Shown: piece after piece, positions 20,665 to 28,879 of the stretch
Layout of the letters: every line of letters starts with the position of its first letter
How positions within the stretch are numbered: the first letter of the stretch is position 1
Origin: Prevotellaceae bacterium
Lineage (GTDB): Bacteria > Bacteroidota > Bacteroidia > Bacteroidales > Paludibacteraceae
Assembly (NCBI GenBank): GCA_031290375.1
Contig: JAITNR010000253.1
Coordinates: 1 to 38,145, forward strand
Direction of reading: 5' to 3'
Length of the DNA: 38,145 nt
Notes under the pieces: model-generated
What the model was told of the DNA's origin: nothing
Seen by the model: the letters and a program-made list of their open reading frames with translations, nothing else
Database searches by the model: none
Made by a program: the position numbers and the translations under genes

Positions 20665-21070
20665 ATGGCAACAAAATTAGGGAAAAAAATCATATTAATT
20701 TTATTCCCGTGTTTGTTATGTTTTTTGTTGCCCTTTTCACAGGATACGGAACGTGTTATCTGACAAAACAACAGATGTATGAAGATTTTGATGAGATGTA
20801 TGAAATTATTAAAGAAATAAATCCTCAACTTGTTGTATGTCAAAAAAATTACAAGGGTGGATATATTATCTGAAATTAAAAAATCGAGAGCGGATATTGA
20901 CACAATGACAAATTCGGATTATTTCATCGAATTACTGAATTTGTCATTATCAAAATGCAGTGACAGGCATTTGGAATTAGGAATACCGAGATAGCTAAGC
21001 AGGCAATGATAAAAGTTTGGGGAGACAGTATTTTTGCGGGCGGGTCAATAGTAAAATCACCTTTAAAATA
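20665..21070 (+). pseudogene. Frameshifted, truncated remnant of a secreted protein resembling S41-peptidase N-termini
   Basis: Fragments in successive frames: MATKLGKKIILILFPCLLCFLL.., LTKQQMYEDFDEMYEIIKEINPQLVV, and after the A7 run 20842-20848 KITRVDILSEIKKSRADIDTMTNSDYFIELLNLSLSKCSDRH. Promoter-like TACCTTTG at 20621-20628. Confidence 0.55.
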
Positions 21071-21128
21071 AACAAATCTTAATAGAATTTAATGAATATC
21101 GTATATTAACGTAAAAAGTAACAAAAGT

Positions 21129-21163
21129 GCCGGTCATTGCAGGCTTGACCCGCAATGACCGGT
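21129..21163. repeat. REP-like palindrome, copy 1
   Basis: GCCGGTCATTGC-AGGCTTGACCC-GCAATGACCGGT: 11-bp perfect stem. Confidence 0.75.
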
Positions 21164-21287
21164 ATTTGGAAATGATTTGGGTATTAGATACGGTTTTTGA
21201 TCCGTGATATGATTTTGTGTTCTGCCAATACCAAATATTTCCTCAAAAACAGAGATAAAAAACTGTATTAATTTGTAAAAAAAGTTG

Positions 21288-21438
21288 TACCTTTGTACTC
21301 AAAATTTTGAGTATGCTTTTTTCTAAAAAAATAATATTATACCCATTGAATTGCCGAGATTTTGGCAGTCATGGATTTTTTTCTAAAATTTTAGAAGAGT
21401 AACTATTTTTGTTAGTTGCTCTTTTTTATTTTTTAGAA
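21288..21438 (+). promoter_or_regulatory. carB promoter and attenuator-like leader (uORF 21313-21402, hairpin 21343-21374, terminator 21395-21427)
   Basis: TACCTTTG 21288-21295; 29-codon uORF whose TAA lies inside the terminator 5' arm; T6 and T7 runs. Confidence 0.5.
21395..21427 (+). terminator. Intrinsic terminator within the carB 5' leader
   Basis: AAGAGTAACTA/TAGTTGCTCTT stem with one G-U pair, running into a T6 tract. Confidence 0.7.
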
Positions 21439-21510
21439 CAAATATAAATAAAAAAATTAGCGTAAATTTGTCAAATCTGTGTTAATTGTGTGCTAAAAAA
21501 TAAAAAGGAA

Positions 21511-21534
21511 ATTGCAGGTCAAACCCGCAATGAC
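21511..21534 (-). repeat. REP-like palindrome, copy 2 (inverted relative to copy 1)
   Basis: Reverse complement GTCATTGCGGGTTTGACCTGCAAT versus copy 1 GTCATTGCAGGCTTGACCCGCAAT: 21/24 identical. Confidence 0.7.
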
Positions 21535-21566
21535 AGGGAATAAAATCGTAAATCGTAATTGAATAT

Positions 21567-23063
21567 ATGAAACGTACTGACATTAAAAAAGTTATGGTAA
21601 TAGGCTCGGGTCCTATTGTAATCGGGCAGGCTGCCGAGTTCGACTATGCCGGCACTCAGGCATGCCTTGCTCTCAAGGAAGAGGGCTATCAGGTTGTGCT
21701 TGCCAACTCCAATCCCGCAACCATTATGACCGACACGCATATCGCCGACAAGGTTTATATGGAACCACTCACGTTGGAATATATCGCAAAAATCATTCGT
21801 TACGAACGTCCCGATGCAATAGTGCCCGGACTTGGCGGGCAAACAGGCTTGAACCTTGCCGTACAACTCGCCAAAAAAGGTATTTTGGACGAGTGTGATG
21901 TGGAAATTCTCGGCACATCGTTTACGAGTATAGAACAGGCGGAAGACAGGGAACTTTTTAAGGAACTGTGTCAAGGTTTGGGCGAACCTGTGCTGCCGTC
22001 CTTTACTGCAAATTCGATGAAAGAAGGTGTCGAGGCGGCTGAAAAAATCGGCTACCCTGTTGTGCTTCGACCTGCCTTCACTCTTGGCGGTACAGGTGGC
22101 GGTTTTGCCGACAATCAGGAGGAATTGTGTGAAATAATGCGTAATGCCCTTTCGCTTTCGCCTGTTCATCAGGTTTTGGTGGAAAAAAGCATTAAAGGTT
22201 TCAAAGAGATTGAATATGAGGTGATTAGGGATAAAAACGACACCGCCATTACTATCTGCAATATGGAAAATATTGACCCTGTGGGTGTGCATACCGGCGA
22301 CTCGATGGTGGTTTGTCCTTCGCAAACGCTCACCAACAAAGAGTACCAACTTTTACGCGACAGTGCGTTGAAAATTATCCGCGCCCTGAAAATCGAAGGT
22401 GGCTGCAATGTGCAATTTGCGCTAGACCCTCTCTCGTTCAACTATTTTCTAATTGAGGTAAATCCGCGTGTGAGCCGCAGTTCTGCTCTGGCATCAAAGG
22501 CAAGCGGTTACCCGATTGCCCGCGTGAGTGCGAAAATCGCTGTGGGACTGACACTTGACGAAATTCAGATAGCCAATACGCCTGCAAGTTTTGAGCCTGC
22601 ATTGGATTATGTTGTAACAAAAATTGCACGTTTTCCGTTTGATAAATTTTCTGAGGCATCTAACGTTTTGGGTACGCAGATGAAAGCAACAGGCGAGGTA
22701 ATGTCGATAGGCAGGACAATGGAAGAGAGCCTGCTCAAAGCCATTCGCTCGCTCGAGACGGGCGTTTGCCACATCTGGCTTGACAAATTCGACAACAAGG
22801 ATAATGATTTCTTAATCAACTACATAAAAGAGCCAACAGATGACCGTTTATACGCAATAGCCCAACTTATCCGCAACGGAATTGACTTGGGAATGATATA
22901 CAACGCCACAAAAATTGATATGTTTTTCCTTGAAAAAATTAAAAACATCGTAGAATTTGAAAAGGTCCTGTCAGAAAATCCGTTCAATATCGAAGTGTTA
23001 AAAGATGCCAAGAAAATGGGGTTTTCGGACAGGTATATTGCAATGAAGTGGAGTGAAAAATAA
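21567..23063 (+). CDS. carB: Carbamoyl-phosphate synthase large subunit, N-terminal half (carboxyphosphate domain plus part of the oligomerisation domain)
   Basis: [58 protein letters not shown]; stops at [14 protein letters not shown]. Confidence 0.93.
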   Translation: MKRTDIKKVMVIGSGPIVIGQAAEFDYAGTQACLALKEEGYQVVLANSNPATIMTDTHIADKVYMEPLTLEYIAKIIRYERPDAIVPGLGGQTGLNLAVQLAKKGILDECDVEILGTSFTSIEQAEDRELFKELCQGLGEPVLPSFTANSMKEGVEAAEKIGYPVVLRPAFTLGGTGGGFADNQEELCEIMRNALSLSPVHQVLVEKSIKGFKEIEYEVIRDKNDTAITICNMENIDPVGVHTGDSMVVCPSQTLTNKEYQLLRDSALKIIRALKIEGGCNVQFALDPLSFNYFLIEVNPRVSRSSALASKASGYPIARVSAKIAVGLTLDEIQIANTPASFEPALDYVVTKIARFPFDKFSEASNVLGTQMKATGEVMSIGRTMEESLLKAIRSLETGVCHIWLDKFDNKDNDFLINYIKEPTDDRLYAIAQLIRNGIDLGMIYNATKIDMFFLEKIKNIVEFEKVLSENPFNIEVLKDAKKMGFSDRYIAMKWSEK

Positions 23064-24209
23064 GTTTCTTGTCGAAGCTGAACGATAAATATCAAGCAAA
23101 TTTTTATAAATCAATTTCAATTTACAGTAGAAAATTTTTTATAAAAATTGTAACTTTGTAAAAAATAAATCTTAATAAATTTCCTGTGTTATGATAAAAA
23201 AAACAAAAAGATTAGTTTGGTTGCCAGTGTTTTTTAGCTTGGCAATGCTGGTAATTACTTCTTGTGAGAAAAACAAAGAGGTAACAAGCATAACACTTGA
23301 TAAAACAACGCTTACCGTTACAGTTGGCGAAGAATACACGTTAACAGCAGTAGTGTTGCCTGAAGATGCACCCGACAAAACAGCAGTTAGGGCTGACAAT
23401 AACAACACCGGAGCAACCTTTATTCTTTCTATCATTGCTATGTCTATTTCTTTTTTATCCCTTTTGTGTTTCATAATTGTTCACATTGTTTTTAGGGCTA
23501 AAGATAAAAAAACAAAAAATAGTGTGCAAAAAAAGATTTCTGAAGATATGTTAAGGCATTTGGGTAGAAACAAAATTATAATTGATAAAATTAATGAAAA
23601 ATTTGGAAAAAATGAATTTGATAAGTATTATCCGTCAGAAGAACATTTATTGAAATTAAAAATTATAGAAGAAGATATGCAGTTTGAAAAATTTGATATT
23701 TGGACAAAAAAATATGAAGACTTACATGAATTGAAGTTGTTGTTGAGAAATCTTAATATTGAAACAGATGTTGCTTTAGAACATTTTAAGAGAAAGGATT
23801 TACTCAAAGAAACAAAAAAAAGAGATATTGAAATGCTTAAAGTCAATATAGAGTCTTTAGAAAATAAAATTTTAAAAATTTTTGACATAACGGAGGAAAC
23901 GAGGCAAAAAATAAAAAATAAAGTGGATAATGGACCTAAGTACGAAATTGGAATAGTTGAGTTATAAAAATTAAAATTCTTTTGTTTAAAGCAAATTAAT
24001 GATTGCCTGTAACATAACATACACCACCGCCATTCAATACGATTATTCGCATAAAGTATCGTATTTTATGAATAAAACTTTTTATGTAATTTTGCAATTT
24101 AATTGCATATTTTCATAAAAACACATTTGAATGAACAATGAATAATTAAAAGAATATGGAAGGTGAATTATTAATTTAAAAAAAAATCTTTACGCCCTTT
24201 GCGTGAAAC
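23064..24209. other. AT-rich intervening segment between the carB halves
   Basis: Bounded by GTTTC (23064-23068) and GAAAC (24205-24209), with an AAAAATAA direct repeat outside both ends (23056-23063, 24210-24217). No transposase. Confidence 0.5.
23191..23967 (+). CDS. Chimeric hypothetical lipoprotein: lipobox, half of a Big_2 Ig-like domain, TM helix, Lys-rich helical domain
   Basis: ITSC lipobox; VTSITLDKTTLTVTVGEEYTLTAVVLPEDAPDKT; hydrophobic FILSII...HIVF; YPSEEHLLKLK. Own TAACTTTG element at 23151-23158. Confidence 0.75.
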   Translation: MIKKTKRLVWLPVFFSLAMLVITSCEKNKEVTSITLDKTTLTVTVGEEYTLTAVVLPEDAPDKTAVRADNNNTGATFILSIIAMSISFLSLLCFIIVHIVFRAKDKKTKNSVQKKISEDMLRHLGRNKIIIDKINEKFGKNEFDKYYPSEEHLLKLKIIEEDMQFEKFDIWTKKYEDLHELKLLLRNLNIETDVALEHFKRKDLLKETKKRDIEMLKVNIESLENKILKIFDITEETRQKIKNKVDNGPKYEIGIVEL

Positions 24210-24225
24210 AAAAATAAAAAAACGC

Positions 24226-25932
24226 ATGTCAAAAACAGTAACAGAGCAGGATATTTTTAAACTGCGTCAGGAACACGGGATTTTCCCTGTCTATAAAATG
24301 ATTGATACCTGTGCATCGGAATTTTCCTCTTATGTGCCCTATTTTTATTCGACTTATGAAGATGAAAATGAGTCGGTCATTTCGGACGAAAAGAAAATTA
24401 TTGTTTTAGGTTCGGGACCAATCCGTATCGGACAGGGAATAGAGTTCGACTACTCAACAGTTCATGCCATTTGGACTATCCAACAGGCAGGTTATCAGGC
24501 AATTATCATTAACAACAACCCTGAAACCGTTTCCACCGACTACACCACGTCAGACAAACTCTATTTCGAGCCGCTTACGGTTGAGGATGTGATGAACATA
24601 ATCAGAATAGAAAAGCCTGATGGTGTGATAGTTACGCTTGGCGGACAAACAGCTATCAACCTTGCCAAGCCATTGAGCGAACTTGGAGTGAAAATAATAG
24701 GTACAGACGTTTTGGCGATTGATAGAGCCGAAAACCGCGATTCATTTGAAAAAATAATGACCCAACTCAAAATACCGCAACCCCAAGGGCGAGCCGTAAC
24801 AAATATTGAAGATGGCATAAAAGTTGCTCAATCAATAGGTTATCCTGTGCTTGTTCGTCCAAGTTTCGTACTTGGCGGACGGGCAATGCAGATTGTAAAC
24901 AATGACGAATCGCTCAAAACATACTTGCAAACAGCGGTGGAAGTAGATGTAAATCAACCTGTTTTGGTGGATAAATACATTTCGGGCAAAGAGTTGGAAG
25001 TAGATGCTATTTGTGATGGCAAGGACGTTTTCATTCCGGGAATTATGGAACACGTTGAGCGTACAGGCATACATTCGGGCGATAGCATCAGTGTTTATCC
25101 CACTTTCAGCGTAAATAATCAGGTCAAGGAAAAAATCATCGACTATTCGGTGCGTCTGGGCTTGGAAATAGGCATAATTGGTCTGTACAACATTCAGTTC
25201 ATTGCTGATGAACACGATGATGTCTTTGTTATCGAGGTCAATCCGCGTTCAAGTCGCACTGTACCCTTTTTGAGTAAGGCGACAGGAATACAAATGGCAG
25301 ACATTGCCACGCAAGTAGTTTTGGGCAAAAGCCTTAAAGAACAGGGAATTACTCAGATTTATCCTCCTGAAAAACATAGCTGGTTTGTCAAGGCACCCGC
25401 ATTCTCGTTCTCTAAAATTCGCGGAATGGACACCTATCTCTCGCCCGAAATGAAATCTACAGGAGAGGCGATTGGATATGACAAATCGCTTACTCGCGCC
25501 CTGTACAAAGCCCTGCGTTCGTCTGGAATGAATATGGTCAACTACGGCACGCTGCTTGTTACCATCGCCGACTGCGACAAACAGAGAGCCTTGCCGCTGA
25601 TTAGAAGGTTCTACGACTTGGGCTTTAATATCGAGGCAACAAGGGGCACAGCGGATTTTCTACGCAACCACGATATTAGAACGAGAATACGCAAAAAACT
25701 GAGCGAAGGCAGTACCGAAATCTACGACTCAATCCGTCAGGGACACGTCTCTTACGTAATTAACACGCTGGATATGAGCAAAGACCGCACACGTGAAGAT
25801 GGCTTCCAAATTCGCCGCTGTGCTGTAGAAAACAACGTATCAATGTTCACTGCCCTCGAAACAGTCGAAGTCCTGCTTGATGTACTTGAAGAAATCACGC
25901 TTGGTATTGCAACAATAGACAAAATGAACTAA
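24226..25932 (+). CDS. carB: Carbamoyl-phosphate synthase large subunit, C-terminal half (rest of oligomerisation domain, carbamate-phosphorylation and MGS/allosteric domains)
   Basis: PVYKMIDTCASEF, LGSGPIRIGQGIEFDY, RPSFVLGGRAM, GIHSGDS, IEVNPRSSRTVPF, PEMKSTGE. Start placed at ATG 24226; TAATTTTG at 24087-24094. Confidence 0.93.
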   Translation: MSKTVTEQDIFKLRQEHGIFPVYKMIDTCASEFSSYVPYFYSTYEDENESVISDEKKIIVLGSGPIRIGQGIEFDYSTVHAIWTIQQAGYQAIIINNNPETVSTDYTTSDKLYFEPLTVEDVMNIIRIEKPDGVIVTLGGQTAINLAKPLSELGVKIIGTDVLAIDRAENRDSFEKIMTQLKIPQPQGRAVTNIEDGIKVAQSIGYPVLVRPSFVLGGRAMQIVNNDESLKTYLQTAVEVDVNQPVLVDKYISGKELEVDAICDGKDVFIPGIMEHVERTGIHSGDSISVYPTFSVNNQVKEKIIDYSVRLGLEIGIIGLYNIQFIADEHDDVFVIEVNPRSSRTVPFLSKATGIQMADIATQVVLGKSLKEQGITQIYPPEKHSWFVKAPAFSFSKIRGMDTYLSPEMKSTGEAIGYDKSLTRALYKALRSSGMNMVNYGTLLVTIADCDKQRALPLIRRFYDLGFNIEATRGTADFLRNHDIRTRIRKKLSEGSTEIYDSIRQGHVSYVINTLDMSKDRTREDGFQIRRCAVENNVSMFTALETVEVLLDVLEEITLGIATIDKMN

Positions 25933-26041
25933 TAATTTATTACTGTTGAGACAATTATGAGTAATATGAGTGAAATATGTTATTCTTAACGCTGTAAATA
26001 ATTGGATCAAATTCTCAATTATGCAGTAGGAATATCCAGAA

Positions 26042-26091
26042 AATTACTCACAAATAGGGATTGTGCAGCAACTGCGGTTACACTACCTTTG
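26042..26091 (+). promoter_or_regulatory. Promoter of the porin-imelysin operon with a candidate operator overlapping -33
   Basis: TACCTTTG 26084-26091; imperfect dyad AATTACTCACAAATAGGGATT 26042-26062. Confidence 0.5.
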
Positions 26092-26124
26092 CACTGTTAA
26101 AAATTAATAATAGCGGATATTCAG

Positions 26125-26186
26125 TCACTTCAAAAGGTCGCTGTGCCACAATTTTTAGAAGAATTAAAGCGACCTTTTGACGGTGA
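26125..26186. repeat. Inverted repeat / stem-loop in the 5' UTR
   Basis: TCAAAAGGTCGCT (26130-26142) / AGCGACCTTTTGA (26168-26180): 13-bp perfect stem, extended by TCAC/GTGA. Confidence 0.75.
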
Positions 26187-26240
26187 AAGAGGTGTTTTCT
26201 GACAAATAAATTAAAATTAAACAAAGTAACTGCATAAAAA

Positions 26241-27530
26241 ATGAAATATTTACATTCGTCTATCGTTTTACTTTTTTTTGTTTCATTATCATCTAATCTT
26301 AGCGCACAGGGGAACGACTCGACAAAGAAAACCGCAAGCAGTCTACAGCTCGGCGGATATGGGGAAGCTGTTTATATCCGTAACTTTTTTAGTGACAGCC
26401 CTTTTCGTTATATGAAACCCGAATCACACAAAAATGACCCATCTCACGGCAGATTCGATTTGCCTCATGTGGTATTTTTTGTCGGATATGAATTTGGCAA
26501 GGGCTGGAGAATAAATTCTGAAATTGAGTTCGAGCACGGAGGAACGGAATCAGCAGTAGAAGTAGAAGCAGAAGAGGGTGGCGAATATGAATCGGAAATT
26601 GAACGCGGAGGAGAAGTGGTGCTGGAACAGTTTTGGGTAGAAAAAACTTTTAACAGGGCACTCAACCTAAGGGTGGGACACATTATAGTTCCAGTCGGCT
26701 TCACCAATGGCAACCATTTGCCTACGGAGTTTTTTACAGTCTATCGACCTGAAGGCGAACGAACAATTTTACCATGCACCTGGCACGAAACAGGCATCTC
26801 TCTTTGGGGTAGAATTTCAGATTGGAGATATGAAGTGATGTTAATACCGGGACTTGACTCGGAACTGTTTTCAAATAAGTCTTGGATTGGAAAAGCCTCT
26901 GCCTCTCCATACGAATTTAAAATTGCAAACAGGTATGCGGGTGTTGCCAGAATCGACAATTATTCGGTAAAAGGATTGAGAATGGGCGTTAGTGCCTACT
27001 ACGGACACAGTTTTACAAACAGCGTGATGCCCTCTTATGCAGACAAATACAAGAAAGTAAAGGGTACCGTTATCATTGGCAGTTTCGATTTTAAGTATGA
27101 CGACCACAACATTATTGCCAGAGGTTATTTAGACTACGGACATCTGTCTGACGCTCAAATAATTTCCCTATACAACAGAAATCTGCCAAATCATTCCCCT
27201 TCCTCTCGCACCAATATTGCATCGGATGTTGTTGCCACAGGCTTGGAGGCAGGATACGATATTTTCTCTCCAATTACAAAACTGAAGCAAAAAAATCAAA
27301 AGTTTTACATTTTTGGCAGATATGAATACTATGACTCTATGTTTAAGACACCGAAGGATATTTTGGACGAACAATGGTGTGCAAGGCAGATTGTTTACGC
27401 AGGAATAAACTATTTTCCGATAAAAAATATTGTGATTAAGGCAGAATATTCAACTGCTTTTCTTAAAAACCCGTATAATAACGAAAGCTCCTTATCATTA
27501 GGCATTGCCTACTCAGGCTTTTTTAAGTAA
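26241..27530 (+). CDS. Outer-membrane porin-like beta-barrel protein
   Basis: Signal peptide, LGGYGE, SEIEFEHGG, acidic loop EVEAEEGGEYESEIERGGE, alternating beta-strands, C-terminal YSGFFK. Confidence 0.78.
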   Translation: MKYLHSSIVLLFFVSLSSNLSAQGNDSTKKTASSLQLGGYGEAVYIRNFFSDSPFRYMKPESHKNDPSHGRFDLPHVVFFVGYEFGKGWRINSEIEFEHGGTESAVEVEAEEGGEYESEIERGGEVVLEQFWVEKTFNRALNLRVGHIIVPVGFTNGNHLPTEFFTVYRPEGERTILPCTWHETGISLWGRISDWRYEVMLIPGLDSELFSNKSWIGKASASPYEFKIANRYAGVARIDNYSVKGLRMGVSAYYGHSFTNSVMPSYADKYKKVKGTVIIGSFDFKYDDHNIIARGYLDYGHLSDAQIISLYNRNLPNHSPSSRTNIASDVVATGLEAGYDIFSPITKLKQKNQKFYIFGRYEYYDSMFKTPKDILDEQWCARQIVYAGINYFPIKNIVIKAEYSTAFLKNPYNNESSLSLGIAYSGFFK

Positions 27531-27591
27531 CTCATATACAAATAAAACAACAGATACTAACTAAAATATTAATTTTATACCTTTTTTTATT

Positions 27592-28740
27592 ATGAGAAGA
27601 ATTTCTTACATTTTTGTTCTATTATTCACATCGATTGCATTTTTCAGTTGTGAGGAAACTGTTGAAGACCCGTTTGCAGAGAGAGAAAAAGCCCTTACTC
27701 CCGCAATTTCTCAGTATGTTAATCAAACGGTTATAGTAACTTATCGGAATTTGGCTGGTGCCTCAATTGATTTGTACAATGCTATCGCTGCTCTGAAAGC
27801 GGACAAAACTCAGGCAAATCTCAATACGGCAACAGAGATTTGGTTTGCCAGCCGCAAATACTGGGAATTGAGCGAAGCCTTTTTGTTTGGTGCGGCGAGC
27901 GATTTTGGCATCGACCCGCATATTGACACATGGCCTCTTGACGAAACGGCTTTCAACTACGAAATGGCAAATACAGGACACATTGCGAGTATGGACAGCG
28001 AAGATGGCGACATTTGGGCTGCCGACCACTTGGGTCCCTCTTTACTCGGATTTCACGGGATAGAGTACATTTTGTTTGAAAACGGTATTCAAAAAAATGT
28101 GAGCGCGATAACAGATGCTCAACTGACTTATGCAAAGGCTGTTGCCGGCGACTTGCGTAATCAATGTATCAGGTTGGAAGCGGCTTGGGCTGGTATAGAC
28201 AATGTTTCTTCCCCAAAAAGAGCCCTGATTGAAGAAAAAGAGTTGGTTGTTGAACGCAGTAACAGTGATTTTTCTTATGGCGAAAATATGATTAATGCAG
28301 GACAGTCAGGCAGTACCTGTAAAACAGTTGCAAAAGCGGCAGTGGATATTTTAAGTGGTTGCATTGATATTTCGGACGAGGTGGGTGTTACAAAAATCGG
28401 TACTGCCAACAGCAAAGAAAACACCGATTACATCGAGTCGCCATACAGTTTCAACTCTCTGGTGGACTTTGTGGATAACATCAAAAGCATAGAAAATGCT
28501 TATCTCGGTGGCAGTGATGCCAATAACAGAGGAGCAAACATCAGCGACTTTATCAAGAAAAACAAGCCTGAAGTAGATAATGAGGTAAGAGAGGCTATCA
28601 ACAATGCTATTGCTAAAATCAATGCTATTCCTTATCCTTTCGTTCAAAATTATGATTCACCTCAGGCAACGCTTGCAATAGACGCCTGCAATGTCCTTAC
28701 CAAGGCATTACAAAAGGCTAAAGCCGTTTTGGAGGAATGA
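27592..28740 (+). CDS. Imelysin (peptidase M75 / IrpA-like) family lipoprotein
   Basis: Lipobox FFSC, WELSEAFLFG, IDTWP, GFHGIEY (HxxE), IESPYS. Confidence 0.9.
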   Translation: MRRISYIFVLLFTSIAFFSCEETVEDPFAEREKALTPAISQYVNQTVIVTYRNLAGASIDLYNAIAALKADKTQANLNTATEIWFASRKYWELSEAFLFGAASDFGIDPHIDTWPLDETAFNYEMANTGHIASMDSEDGDIWAADHLGPSLLGFHGIEYILFENGIQKNVSAITDAQLTYAKAVAGDLRNQCIRLEAAWAGIDNVSSPKRALIEEKELVVERSNSDFSYGENMINAGQSGSTCKTVAKAAVDILSGCIDISDEVGVTKIGTANSKENTDYIESPYSFNSLVDFVDNIKSIENAYLGGSDANNRGANISDFIKKNKPEVDNEVREAINNAIAKINAIPYPFVQNYDSPQATLAIDACNVLTKALQKAKAVLEE

Positions 28741-28879
28741 TTCAAAAAAATAAAATAACAGATAAAAGAAGACGGGTATAGATTTATTAGACAAACAGAC
28801 AATCTAAAGATCTGATAAGTCTTTGCCTCTCTTCTTAAATCTTAACAATTTTAAATCTATTAAAAAAAAAAATAATAAA

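Noticed and set aside
21519-22349. Long antisense ORFs (276 aa here; also 16852-17466, 19923-20501, 9472-9933, 32798-33316)
   Set aside because: They are shadows of well-conserved genes on the opposite strand and have no recognisable motifs.
23064-24225. Group I/II intron or intein interrupting carB
   Set aside because: No GTGCG 5' end, domain V, reverse transcriptase or homing-endonuclease motifs were seen. Stop codons and the absence of Cys...His-Asn ends exclude an intein.
26040-26200. Cobalamin riboswitch
   Set aside because: GCAACTG and GCCAC fragments are present, but the GGGAA..GGTG..AATCC core and the B12-box are missing.
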